Of a stretch of DNA of 64,000 nt, positions 9,082 to 18,276 are shown piece by piece (position 1 is the stretch's first letter; every line of letters starts with the position of its first letter). The DNA comes from Gemmatimonadota bacterium (GTDB taxonomy: Bacteria > Gemmatimonadota > Gemmatimonadetes > Longimicrobiales > Gaopeijiaceae). Where the stretch lies: the NCBI GenBank assembly GCA_039589315.1, contig JBDHHQ010000002.1, forward strand, positions 1-64,000, read 5' to 3'. Below the pieces are notes generated by a model that searched no databases, was not told the origin of the DNA, and worked only from the letters and a program-made list of their open reading frames with translations. A program made the position numbers and the translations under genes.

Positions 9082-10934
9082 GACGCGAGTGCCTCCGTCT
9101 GAAGTCGCTCGAACTCACCGAACGCGCCGCCGGCCTGGCGGAGCTCCGCGTGGCTTCCGTCCTCCACGATCCGCCCCCCCTCCAGCACCAGGATCCGGTC
9201 CGCGTACCTCAAGGAGCTCATCTGATGGCTGATGGTGATCACGGTTCTCTCTTCCATCAGGCGTTCGAGGGCACTCAGGACCAGGTGCGCCGACTGGGCG
9301 TCGAGCCCAGTGAGCGGCTCGTCCAGGATCACGATCGGGGCGTCCTTGATCAGCGCCCGGGCGACGGCGATGCATTGACGCTGACCACCGCTCAGGGTCC
9401 CGCCGCGCTCTCCAACCACGGTGTCGTATCCGTCGCTGAGGGACTCGACGATCTCGTGGATCCCGGCTCGGCGGGCGGCGCGGACGATGTCGTCGTACGT
9501 GGCACCCGGCCGGCCATAGCCGATGTTCTCCGCCACGCTCGCCGCGAACATGACGGGCTCCTGGAACACCAGGGCGATCTGGTCCCGCAGCGACTTCAGC
9601 TTGAGGTCCCGCAGGTCGCGGCCGTCCAGGCGAACGACGCCGGCGGTGGGGTCGTAGAACCGCGGGATCAAGCTCGCCATCGTGCTCTTGCCGGCTCCGG
9701 TCGAGCCTACGAGGGCCACCCGCTGACCGGGCTCGATGCCCAGAGAGACATCCCGGAGCACCTGCGGCCCACGCCTGTGACGGAAGGCGACCCCTTCGAA
9801 GGCCAGGGCGCCCCGTACGTTCCGCGCCCTGCGGGCGGCCGGCCGCTGTGCCACCTCCGGCTCCACGGAGAACATCTCGAAGACGCGCTCGCCCGCGGCC
9901 ACGCCCCTAGCCGTGCGCTCGGCCATACGGGACACGCGCCGGAGGGGCCGGTTGAAGGCCCGTAGGTAGGTGACGAACACGATGAGGTCGCCGGGCAGGA
10001 GCGCGCCCGAGAGCGCACGCCTCGCCGCTACCGCCATGACCAGCGCCGTCACGACCGCCACGGTGACTTCCGCGTACCAGCGAAGCTTGGCCTCGAGCCG
10101 CGTGGCCTTCAGGCCCGTGCGCAGGCTCCGCTTGTTCGGACCGCTGAAGCGTTCGGCTTCGTGGTCTTCACGGCCGAAGCTCTTCACGACCTTGATGGCT
10201 CCGAGCACCTCGGCAGCCGTCGTAGCGATGTCGCCTTCCCGATCGCGCTGCCGCCTCAGAGCCTTCCGCATCGGTCCCTGATATGTGCGGAGCAACAGGG
10301 CGATGGCGGGGACCGACACCAACGACAGAAGGGCGAGCTGCCAGTCCATCGCCAACATGACCGCGGTCATGGAGAGCAGCAGGAACAGCTCGCCGGTGAG
10401 CGAGATCGGCAGCGAGACGAAGATGACCCGCAAGAAGCGGATGTCGCTCGTCAGCCGGGCCAGCATGTCGCCAGTCCGACGCCGATCGTGGAAGGAGAAG
10501 GACAGTCGCTGGAGGTGGCGGTAGAGATCCAGACGCAAATCCGCCGCCGTGCGCTGGCCCACCTGGGCGGCCATGACCTGCTGGTAGTAGTAGAACACAC
10601 CCTTGGCCAGGGCCAAAGCCACGATGGCCATCACCAGGGTGTTCAGGAGCGCGAGCCGATTGTCCGCGACCAGGGCAAACGGCGCCCGGAGGAAAGACGG
10701 AAGCGGATGCCCAAGCAGGACGCTGTCGACGATCAGCTTGAGGGCCCACGGCTCGGCGACACCCACCGCGGTGTAGGCGGCCCCGAACGCCACGGCCAGG
10801 CCGAGCTGACGGCGCCGCTTCCGCATGTAGGGGCGGAGCCGGCTCGCCGTGGCCAGCCATGCGGCCCACCGCGTCCGATGCCTCCGGAGCCCGTGGACGA
10901 TCCGGGTAAAGCCGAAAAGACCCACCACCGCCAT
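9078..10934 (-). CDS. ABC exporter, fused permease/ATPase (MsbA-like family)
   Basis: TM helices, Walker A GSTGAGKST, signature LSGGQRQ, Walker B IVILDE, H-loop. Start placed at MAVVGLFG, 6 nt after the upstream stop. Confidence 0.9.
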   Translation of the reverse strand: MAVVGLFGFTRIVHGLRRHRTRWAAWLATASRLRPYMRKRRRQLGLAVAFGAAYTAVGVAEPWALKLIVDSVLLGHPLPSFLRAPFALVADNRLALLNTLVMAIVALALAKGVFYYYQQVMAAQVGQRTAADLRLDLYRHLQRLSFSFHDRRRTGDMLARLTSDIRFLRVIFVSLPISLTGELFLLLSMTAVMLAMDWQLALLSLVSVPAIALLLRTYQGPMRKALRRQRDREGDIATTAAEVLGAIKVVKSFGREDHEAERFSGPNKRSLRTGLKATRLEAKLRWYAEVTVAVVTALVMAVAARRALSGALLPGDLIVFVTYLRAFNRPLRRVSRMAERTARGVAAGERVFEMFSVEPEVAQRPAARRARNVRGALAFEGVAFRHRRGPQVLRDVSLGIEPGQRVALVGSTGAGKSTMASLIPRFYDPTAGVVRLDGRDLRDLKLKSLRDQIALVFQEPVMFAASVAENIGYGRPGATYDDIVRAARRAGIHEIVESLSDGYDTVVGERGGTLSGGQRQCIAVARALIKDAPIVILDEPLTGLDAQSAHLVLSALERLMEERTVITISHQMSSLRYADRILVLEGGRIVEDGSHAELRQAGGAFGEFERLQTEALAS

Positions 10935-10939
10935 CTCGC

Positions 10940-12271
10940 TCAGGCCCGGGCTTTGAGGGCAACGGTCGGGGCCTTCCCACCGGCGTCCAGCGCTCCGCCG
11001 GCGACGCCGGCCGCAACCCGCAGGATCTCCTCGGCTCGGTGGGTCCAGCGGTGCCCGCTCCACGCACAACGGGCGGCGGCCATGCCCAGGGCCCGCCGGT
11101 GCCGCTCGTCCTCGGCCAGGCCGTCGATCGCTCCCGCGAGCATCTCGTCGTCTCCAGGCTGCACGAGGACGCCGGTGTGACCGTGCTCGATGAGCGCCTG
11201 GAGCTGACCGATTCGACTCGCCACGATGGCGCGTCCGGCCGCCATGTACTCCAGCACCTTCAGGGGTGAGTAGTAGAAACGGTCGAGGCGGGGGTAGGGC
11301 GCTACCGCCACGTGCATGGCGCGCAGGTAGCTGCCGACTTCGCTCTGGGGTACCGCGCCAGCCAGCGTGACCTGCCCAGGGAACCGCTCCTCCAACGACC
11401 GCACCACCTCCCGCTCGGGCCCGTCGCCGACCACCAGAAGGTGGTAGCGGGGATTCTCGGCCAGGCGGGCAAAGGCGCGGGCGAGCACGTCCAAGCCGTG
11501 CCATCGCTTCAGGCTGCCCACGAAGCCGATTACGAATCGGTCGGGCGGGAGGTCGACACTGGTACCGACGGGCTTGAAGAGCTGTACCTCCACTCCGTTG
11601 GGTACGACCGTGACCTTCTCTTCCGGGACACCCCGTTCGACCAGGGACCGCGCCAGCTCGTCGCTCACCGCCACGATCAGCGACGCCTGGGCGAACGCGG
11701 CCTCCTCAAGCGCGTCGGCCGCCTCCTGGAGCGCCTGCTGGCGGTACTCCTTGCCCTCCCAAGCCAGTGGCGCGTTGACCTCGAGGACATGCGGGATACC
11801 CAGGGCTCTGGTGACGGCGCCTCCGGCCGCGGAGAAGGGGCTGTATCGCTCGTAGAGCAGATCCGGCTGAAGCCGTGGCAAGTGCGAGGCCAGGCTCTGC
11901 TCCACCGCCACGTTGTTCCACACGTGCCCCAGCGCTCGGCAGAGCTTGGCCGGAACGTGGGCCTCCAACGCGTCCGGTAACGACGTAGCGCGGATGGGCA
12001 GCGTGGGGACGCCCACCGGCTCGGGCCCGTCGGCACGCGGTGAAAGCAGCGTCACCCGGTGACCCAGCTCGCCGAACGCCCGAGCAAGGCCGCGCACGTG
12101 GGCCGAGGCGCCTTTGCTCCCCCCGATGGGGATGCCCAGATCAGCGCAGAGATAACAGATGCGCAACGACCTGGGGGGGCCGCCGAGCCGTCGTTCTCGC
12201 GGCCCGGGCGCCGGGTCCAGGGACCGGACGTTGAGCGCGACCCCGAGAGGTTCAGGTGCGAGCGTGCTCAT
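10940..12271 (-). CDS. Glycosyltransferase family 4
   Basis: EVNAPL, VPNGV, GFVGSLKRWHG, SPLKVLEYMAAG motifs. Confidence 0.9.
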   Translation of the reverse strand: MSTLAPEPLGVALNVRSLDPAPGPRERRLGGPPRSLRICYLCADLGIPIGGSKGASAHVRGLARAFGELGHRVTLLSPRADGPEPVGVPTLPIRATSLPDALEAHVPAKLCRALGHVWNNVAVEQSLASHLPRLQPDLLYERYSPFSAAGGAVTRALGIPHVLEVNAPLAWEGKEYRQQALQEAADALEEAAFAQASLIVAVSDELARSLVERGVPEEKVTVVPNGVEVQLFKPVGTSVDLPPDRFVIGFVGSLKRWHGLDVLARAFARLAENPRYHLLVVGDGPEREVVRSLEERFPGQVTLAGAVPQSEVGSYLRAMHVAVAPYPRLDRFYYSPLKVLEYMAAGRAIVASRIGQLQALIEHGHTGVLVQPGDDEMLAGAIDGLAEDERHRRALGMAAARCAWSGHRWTHRAEEILRVAAGVAGGALDAGGKAPTVALKARA

Positions 12272-12292
12272 GGGCTGACTCCAGGTCAGGGA

Positions 12293-13516
12293 CTACGCAG
12301 CGGGGTTCAGGAGCTGGTGAAGCTGCTCGATGGTCCGCCGGCGGTCGAAGTCCTCGACCACGGACGGCCGGGCGTTGGCTCGAAGGTGGTCCCAACGGTT
12401 CCGGTCCCGCGCCACCGATTCCAGAGCGTCGGCAAAGGCAACAGGGTCACCGGGCTCGACGAGGAGGCCGTTGTGTCCATCGTGCACGGCTTCCGGGATT
12501 CCCGTCACGGTGGTGGACACCACGGGCAACCCACAGGAAAGGGCCTCCACGATGGAGACAGGCAGACCCTCCCGGTTTCCGTCGGATCCCACGATCGCCG
12601 GCAAGGCGTACACGTGGGCTCGGTGGTACTCCTCCAGGATCTCGCCCTGCGTCTTGGGGCCGGCCAGCAGCACGCGCTTCCTCAGGCCCGCGTCCTTGAT
12701 GGCTGCGGCCAGGGGTGAGCGCAGGCGTCCCTTTCCGACCATCACGCACTCGAAGTCTACGCCTCGCTCGTCGAGGAGCCTGCAGGCTTCAATGAGGTGC
12801 GGCAGTCCCTTCTTCTCCACGAGCCGGGCGACGCACAGAATGCGGAACGGGTCATGGGGCGGTGTCCCGTTCGGCGCAAACCGGTCGACGTCGATCCCGT
12901 TCAGGACCCGGCGGAGCTTCCCCTCGCCCTCAGGGGCGATGTCTCTCAGGTAGGAGCGGTTGAAGTCGCTCACCGTCACCACGAAGCGCGACTCCTCCAC
13001 CTTCCGGGCCAGCACCTTTCGGTCTACGCGGTGCTTGAAGATGTCGGTCGCGTGAGCCGTGAAGCTGTAGGGGATACCGGTCAGCCTCGAGGCCAGCATG
13101 GCCACGGTGGTGGGGCGATTGGCGAATTGCGCGTGGAGGTGCCCGATCTTCAGGCGACGGGCCTCGTTGGCCACGAAGCCGGCCTGCAGGAAGCGCCAGG
13201 CCAGCTCTCGGTTCCCCTGCCGGAGTACGTAGAGCAGGGTCCTCCGGAACCGGCTGCTCGCGCTCTTCGCCAGACGACGGTTGTGCCGAAAGAGCTTGGC
13301 GAGGTCGAAGAAGTCGGGCACGTAGGAGACCCGTGCCTTGAGCTTCGGTAGGTCGTCATGGAAGCGGGGGTCATTGGGCCGCATGAGCGAGAAGACGTGA
13401 AGAGGGATGCCCCTCTCCTCGAGACCCAGCATCTCGTTGAGCACGAACGTCTCGGACAGCACCGGGAACTTCCGCAGGACGTATCCGATCGGCTTGGGCG
13501 CTTCAGGTCGCGGCAT
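12293..13516 (-). CDS. Glycosyltransferase family 4 (WcaL-like)
   Basis: FPVLSETFVLNE, VARLVEKKG, EGLPVSIVEA motifs; start at MPRPEAPK overlapping the upstream stop. Confidence 0.9.
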   Translation of the reverse strand: MPRPEAPKPIGYVLRKFPVLSETFVLNEMLGLEERGIPLHVFSLMRPNDPRFHDDLPKLKARVSYVPDFFDLAKLFRHNRRLAKSASSRFRRTLLYVLRQGNRELAWRFLQAGFVANEARRLKIGHLHAQFANRPTTVAMLASRLTGIPYSFTAHATDIFKHRVDRKVLARKVEESRFVVTVSDFNRSYLRDIAPEGEGKLRRVLNGIDVDRFAPNGTPPHDPFRILCVARLVEKKGLPHLIEACRLLDERGVDFECVMVGKGRLRSPLAAAIKDAGLRKRVLLAGPKTQGEILEEYHRAHVYALPAIVGSDGNREGLPVSIVEALSCGLPVVSTTVTGIPEAVHDGHNGLLVEPGDPVAFADALESVARDRNRWDHLRANARPSVVEDFDRRRTIEQLHQLLNPAA

Positions 13517-14738
13517 GCAGGTCCTCTCCTCCAGAAGCCATTTCGAGAAGCAGACGGCTGACGTTGGCGCGCCCCTCGAGATCCACCTCCCACGAGGGCT
13601 CGCTGCGGTCTGCGATGGCGGCGCGGATCCCGGCGGCCAGGCGCTCGGGCACCAGATCCTCGGGCTCGACCAGGCGGATGAACCCCTTCTCCTCGAGAGC
13701 ACGGGCGCGGATCAGCTGCTCGAACTCCGTTCCCGCCTTCTCACGCCTGAGGGGCTCGCCGTACCGCCAGGTGCGAGGGACCACGACCGCGGGGCAGCGC
13801 GTCGAGACGATCTCCGTGGCGGTGTTGTATCCGCACATGGAAACGACGGCGGACGCCGCGGCCATGTAGCGGCGAAGGTCCGGCAAGGACTCCACGACCG
13901 TCAGATGCGAGACCGCCCGGCTCCGGTCGCGGAGCTCGGCACGGTGCGCCGTGCTCATGAGGGGTCCGGTCACGACCATCGCGGGCGTGGGTGGGAGCAG
14001 CTCGAGCGCGTCCACGAAGGTCGACAAGAGCGGGTAGGCGTCGCCTCCACCCCCGCCGGTAGCCAGGACGAATGGGCCCGCGACCCCCAGCGCCGCACGC
14101 ACGCTCTCGCTGGACGCGGGCTCGATGGCTTCGCCCGTCACGTAGCCACAGTAGTGGATCTTGGCAGCGACGCTGGCCGGGAGGCGATATGCCTCGGCCA
14201 CATCCTGGAGCTCGGCGCTGCCGTAGACGAGGATGGCGTCGTAGTACCGATCGAGCACCCGATACATGCCCTGGCGCGTCCAGTCCTTCCGCACCACGTC
14301 CGGGGCGCCAAGCACGTCCCTGAGCCCCAGAAGCGTCCGCGTCGAACGGTCGCGCAGAGCCTGCAAGGTAGGCAGGAGCTCGTCCTTCGAGCCCAGGGGA
14401 AAGTTGTCGACCAGCAACACGTCCGGGTCGAAGGCGAGGACGGTTTCCCGGACGATGTGCGCTCTCAGCGCGGTGATCTCGGACAGGGGAAGGGGCAGGT
14501 GGGCCGGAGCGTGATCCCGCGTGGCCGTCTTGACCACAGTGGGGATCTTCACACAGTCCGCGTTGGGTGGCAGCTCACCCAGCGCGTTGAACGCCGGTGA
14601 GCCCGTCACCAGGAGAAGGCTCGCCTCGGGCGACTGCTCCGACAGGGCCTGGAGGAAGTGTGTGCACCTGCGAATGTGCCCGAGGCCGAAGGTGTCGTGC
14701 GTGAAGATCGCGATGCGCGGGGCGTCAGTCGGCGGCAT
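13503..14738 (-). CDS. Predicted glycosyltransferase (COG4671-type, GT28-like C-terminus)
   Basis: HDTFGLGHIRR, GLRDVLG, TGGGGGD, SMCGYNT, EQLIRA motifs. Confidence 0.8.
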   Translation of the reverse strand: MPPTDAPRIAIFTHDTFGLGHIRRCTHFLQALSEQSPEASLLLVTGSPAFNALGELPPNADCVKIPTVVKTATRDHAPAHLPLPLSEITALRAHIVRETVLAFDPDVLLVDNFPLGSKDELLPTLQALRDRSTRTLLGLRDVLGAPDVVRKDWTRQGMYRVLDRYYDAILVYGSAELQDVAEAYRLPASVAAKIHYCGYVTGEAIEPASSESVRAALGVAGPFVLATGGGGGDAYPLLSTFVDALELLPPTPAMVVTGPLMSTAHRAELRDRSRAVSHLTVVESLPDLRRYMAAASAVVSMCGYNTATEIVSTRCPAVVVPRTWRYGEPLRREKAGTEFEQLIRARALEEKGFIRLVEPEDLVPERLAAGIRAAIADRSEPSWEVDLEGRANVSRLLLEMASGGEDLHAAT

Positions 14739-15999
14739 GGAGATCCTCCCCCGGGCCATTCCCCTTCGCGACGGTCTCGGTCAGCTCCCGGAGCAGCCTC
14801 GGCACCACGCTGAGGCCGTCGAAGTTCGGGCCCGGTGCGGCCTCGCCCACGGTGCCGGCCTGCTCGAGCCAGTCCGTGATGGCCTGGGGCGACGCCATGT
14901 CGGGGTGCAGCATGTCCAGGAGGCCCAGCTCGGCGAAGCGGCTGGCGCGGATGAGCTGCTCCGAGCGGGGACGCACCCGGGGAACGATGAGCGCACGCTT
15001 CCCGGAGGCGAGAATCTCACACACCGAGTTGTAGCCACCCATGGAGACCACGTGATCCGCCTCGGAGAGAAGGACGCCGGGCGCAGTGGAGAAACCGGTT
15101 ACGGACAGGTCGGGCCGGTGGTCCGCTCGATCTTCGAGTCTGCTGCGGACGTCTCGCGGCATGTGGGGCCCGGCGACGATCACACCCTGGGTCCCGGCGG
15201 GGAACCGTGCCGCGGCGAAGCTCTCGGCGAGCTGACCCCCATCCTGACCGCCGCCTACCTGACAGAGAACGAGGGTGTCGCTCGTTGACTCCGTCGTGGC
15301 TCTGCTGCGGGCCTCGCGCCTGATTCTGTGGGATGGGTCCAGGTATCCGGTGAAGCGGGCACGCCGCGACACCTCTGGCCCGAGCTGGCATTCTTCGAGC
15401 ACGTCGTAGATGCCGGGGTCGCCGTAGACCCAGACCGCGTCATAATAACTACGCACCGCCGCCTCGCCCCCGGTCCGATGCCACTCCTCACGAACGGAGG
15501 CGGGCGCGTCCAGGACGTCTCTCAGGCCCAGGACGCAGCGCGTGCCACTACCGTGGCGGAGCGCCTGGAGGGTGGGCTCGAGCTCCCCACAAACCCCGAG
15601 GGGCAGCTTGTCCACGATGAGCACATGCGGCCGGTAGCTGGTGAGGGCGGCTGCGAGGGTTCTGGCGCGCAGCGCGCGAAGAGTAGGACCGGTTACGCGG
15701 AGTCGTCGCGGCCGGTAGTCACCGGGACCCCATTTGCGGAGGGACGGCAGGGTGAGCACGTCCACGCCGGGGGGCAGAGGAAACGCATCGAGCTCTGCGG
15801 CCCCGGCCACGAGCAAGATGGAGGGGCGCTCCGGCAGTCCCACGAGGGCCTCTGCCAGAAGGAGATTACGCCGCACGTGCCCGATCCCCATCCCGTCGTG
15901 GGAGTAGAGAGCGACTCGTAGCCCGCCGTCAGGGTCGGGCACGTACGGGGTTGGCTCCGACCCGCCAAGCGGGGAGCCGGCTCGTCCAGGTTCACGCAT
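14725..15999 (-). CDS. Predicted glycosyltransferase (COG4671-type), paralogue of the downstream gene
   Basis: YSHDGMGIGHVRR, GLRDVLD, VGGGQDG, SMGGYNS, EQLIRA motifs; start uncertain (MREPGRAG chosen). Confidence 0.8.
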   Translation of the reverse strand: MREPGRAGSPLGGSEPTPYVPDPDGGLRVALYSHDGMGIGHVRRNLLLAEALVGLPERPSILLVAGAAELDAFPLPPGVDVLTLPSLRKWGPGDYRPRRLRVTGPTLRALRARTLAAALTSYRPHVLIVDKLPLGVCGELEPTLQALRHGSGTRCVLGLRDVLDAPASVREEWHRTGGEAAVRSYYDAVWVYGDPGIYDVLEECQLGPEVSRRARFTGYLDPSHRIRREARSRATTESTSDTLVLCQVGGGQDGGQLAESFAAARFPAGTQGVIVAGPHMPRDVRSRLEDRADHRPDLSVTGFSTAPGVLLSEADHVVSMGGYNSVCEILASGKRALIVPRVRPRSEQLIRASRFAELGLLDMLHPDMASPQAITDWLEQAGTVGEAAPGPNFDGLSVVPRLLRELTETVAKGNGPGEDLHAAD

Positions 16000-16100
16000 C
16001 GAGGGGCAACTCGCGCGGACACGAGGAATCCAAGGAGCGACGGAGGAGAGGGCGGGGGGGCTAGCCGGCCCACCGTCGGTCTGTCCGGCCGGCACGTTGC

Positions 16101-16116
16101 GCAAGCGCCATACCAC
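16101..16116 (-). promoter_or_regulatory. sigma54 (-24/-12) promoter for the glycosyltransferase operon
   Basis: Minus strand reads GTGGTATGGCGCTTGC: GG-N10-GC with TTGC, about 100 nt upstream of the first gene. Confidence 0.55.
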
Positions 16117-16198
16117 GGCTCTTGGCAGATCCACGTAAAGACCACTGTGACAATGTGATAGACCCCATCCACGAGCAGCGGCACGATGAATGCATCCG

Positions 16199-16214
16199 CG
16201 GAAACAAGTTTCCG
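16199..16214. promoter_or_regulatory. Palindromic operator/enhancer candidate
   Basis: CGGAAAC-AA-GTTTCCG, a perfect 7-2-7 inverted repeat in AT-richer intergenic DNA. Confidence 0.4.
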
Positions 16215-16562
16215 GGTTGTGACCTTCTTTGCCGAAAAGGGAGGAACGCAGCGGCGCGCGCTCGGCGATGGCCGGCCAGGGAGGTGCGGGCCGGCCCGTA
16301 GACGCGGGCTGGAGCACACAGCGCCGTGGGGACGTCGTCGTGCCCACGGTCCACCCGGCTTCACGCACCTGAATCCGACGCCCACGCCGTGTTGCGTCGG
16401 CCCCGACACGTCGGCTAGCGTGCCTCGACCCGCGCGCCATCGGCGATCGAGGCGGGCTTCCTGGACGAGAGTCGGTCTGACTCCACGGAGCACAGTGTTG
16501 ACGGCATCGCTCCCCGGCGTTGAAACGAGGGCGACAGCGATCCCACGAGCGGAGGCTCGCAC

Positions 16563-18221
16563 GTGAAGCCTGCCGCCTTCGCTGGTGCCCCCCCGGTCCC
16601 ACCGGCCGGACACCACGCCGCCGCCCGCAAGGTGGCGTGGCTCATCGTGGTCGCCACGGCGGTGCGGCTGGTGGCTGCAGCGGCAACCGAGCTCGGGAAT
16701 GACGAGGTCTACTACTGGACCTACGCCCGCTTCCCGGCCTGGAGTCACTTCGATCACCCGGCCATGGTCGGCTGGGTGATCCGGCTGTTCACGCTGAACC
16801 TGGCCCTGACCCACGAGGTGTTCATACGACTGGGGGCGGTGGCCTGTGCGGCCTTGGCCACGTGGCTCATGTACCGCATCGGGCTGGTGCTCGGTGGTCC
16901 ACGCGCGGGGCTGTTCGCCGCGCTGCTCCACACGTCCACGCCATACGGCTCGGTGTTGGCCGGCGCGGTCATCCTCCCCGACGCGCCGCTGGTCCTGTTC
17001 TGGCTCATCACGGCGGCGCTCCTGGTCCAGGCGCTCCCGACGCCGAAGATCGGCTCGCGGGAACGACGCCTGGTGCTCCTCGCCGGGGTGTCCATCGGTC
17101 TTGCGCTGCTGTCCAAGTACCAGGCCGTCTTCCTCGCGCTCGGCGCCTTGTCGTACGTGGCCTTCTTCGATCGAAGATGGCTGCGGGAGCCCGCCCTCTA
17201 CGGGGCTGGCGTCATCGCAACCGTCCTGGCCACGCCCATCCTGATCTGGAACGCTCAGAACGACTTCATCAGCTTCACGTACCAGGGCGGTAGGGTCACT
17301 CCGGATTGGACCGTCCGGCCGGACTACTTTCTCACCGAGCTGGGCGGCCAGGTCGGATACCAGAATCCGATCACCTGGGCCCTGGTCGCGGCCGCGCTGA
17401 TCGCGTGGTTCCGACGACGGCCCTTCGTGGACCCGGCCCGGGGCCGGTTGCTCCTGCTGATCGCCCTGCCGCTGTGGCTCGTGTTCACCGGTTTCTCGCT
17501 GTTCCGGTCCACGCTCCCCCATTGGACAGGTCCGGCCTACCTGACGCTGATCCTCATGGCGGCGACCCACTGGGCCTGGCGAGAGCGCGTGGGGCTAAGC
17601 AGCGACGGAGAGGCCGGGGAGCGCGGCGCGGTCGTCCACGCCGACGTCCCGGTTCCGTGGCAGGTCAAGGCGCCTGCAGCACTCCTCGCCGTTCTGCTGG
17701 CGGTCGTCCTGGGACTCGTGACCAGCGCCCCGGCCAGCTTCGGCCGATCGGAACCGGCGGCCCGGTTCGGGGAAGGGGACCCGACCATGGACATGTACGG
17801 CTGGCGTCAGGTCCGGGCGGGGTTCGCGGAGGTGGCTGCTCGGGATCAGGAGAGTGGGCACATGGACCCCGATGCCCCCTTGATGTCGTACCGCTGGTTC
17901 CCGGCGGCCCATCTGGACTTCTACGTCGCCACGCCGCTGGGTCGACGTCTCCTGGCCGCCGGCACGCTCAACTCCGTCCACAAGTACTTCTGGATCAACG
18001 AGCGGCGCGGCGGACTCCGCCCTGGAGACGACGCCTATTACGTGGCGGTGAGCAACTGGTACGAGGACCCCGAGGTCGCCTTCGGCCATCTGTTCGAGGA
18101 GATCGAGGGTGTCCCCGACACCATCCGTGTCCGGCGCATGGGCGTTCCCGTGCGCAACGCGTTCGTGTATCGGCTGCGGGGGTACACTGGCCAGCCCCTG
18201 GTTCCGGACATTCCTCCTTGA
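16563..18221 (+). CDS. Glycosyltransferase family 39 (ArnT/PMT-like GT-C)
   Basis: DEVYYW, DHPAMVGW, PDAPL, LSKY motifs and many TM helices. Confidence 0.85.
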   Translation: MKPAAFAGAPPVPPAGHHAAARKVAWLIVVATAVRLVAAAATELGNDEVYYWTYARFPAWSHFDHPAMVGWVIRLFTLNLALTHEVFIRLGAVACAALATWLMYRIGLVLGGPRAGLFAALLHTSTPYGSVLAGAVILPDAPLVLFWLITAALLVQALPTPKIGSRERRLVLLAGVSIGLALLSKYQAVFLALGALSYVAFFDRRWLREPALYGAGVIATVLATPILIWNAQNDFISFTYQGGRVTPDWTVRPDYFLTELGGQVGYQNPITWALVAAALIAWFRRRPFVDPARGRLLLLIALPLWLVFTGFSLFRSTLPHWTGPAYLTLILMAATHWAWRERVGLSSDGEAGERGAVVHADVPVPWQVKAPAALLAVLLAVVLGLVTSAPASFGRSEPAARFGEGDPTMDMYGWRQVRAGFAEVAARDQESGHMDPDAPLMSYRWFPAAHLDFYVATPLGRRLLAAGTLNSVHKYFWINERRGGLRPGDDAYYVAVSNWYEDPEVAFGHLFEEIEGVPDTIRVRRMGVPVRNAFVYRLRGYTGQPLVPDIPP

Positions 18222-18276
18222 TCCGTCGTCCGCCGACTCGTAGAGGTCCTCCCGTCAACCCTACCCGGAGAGCAGA

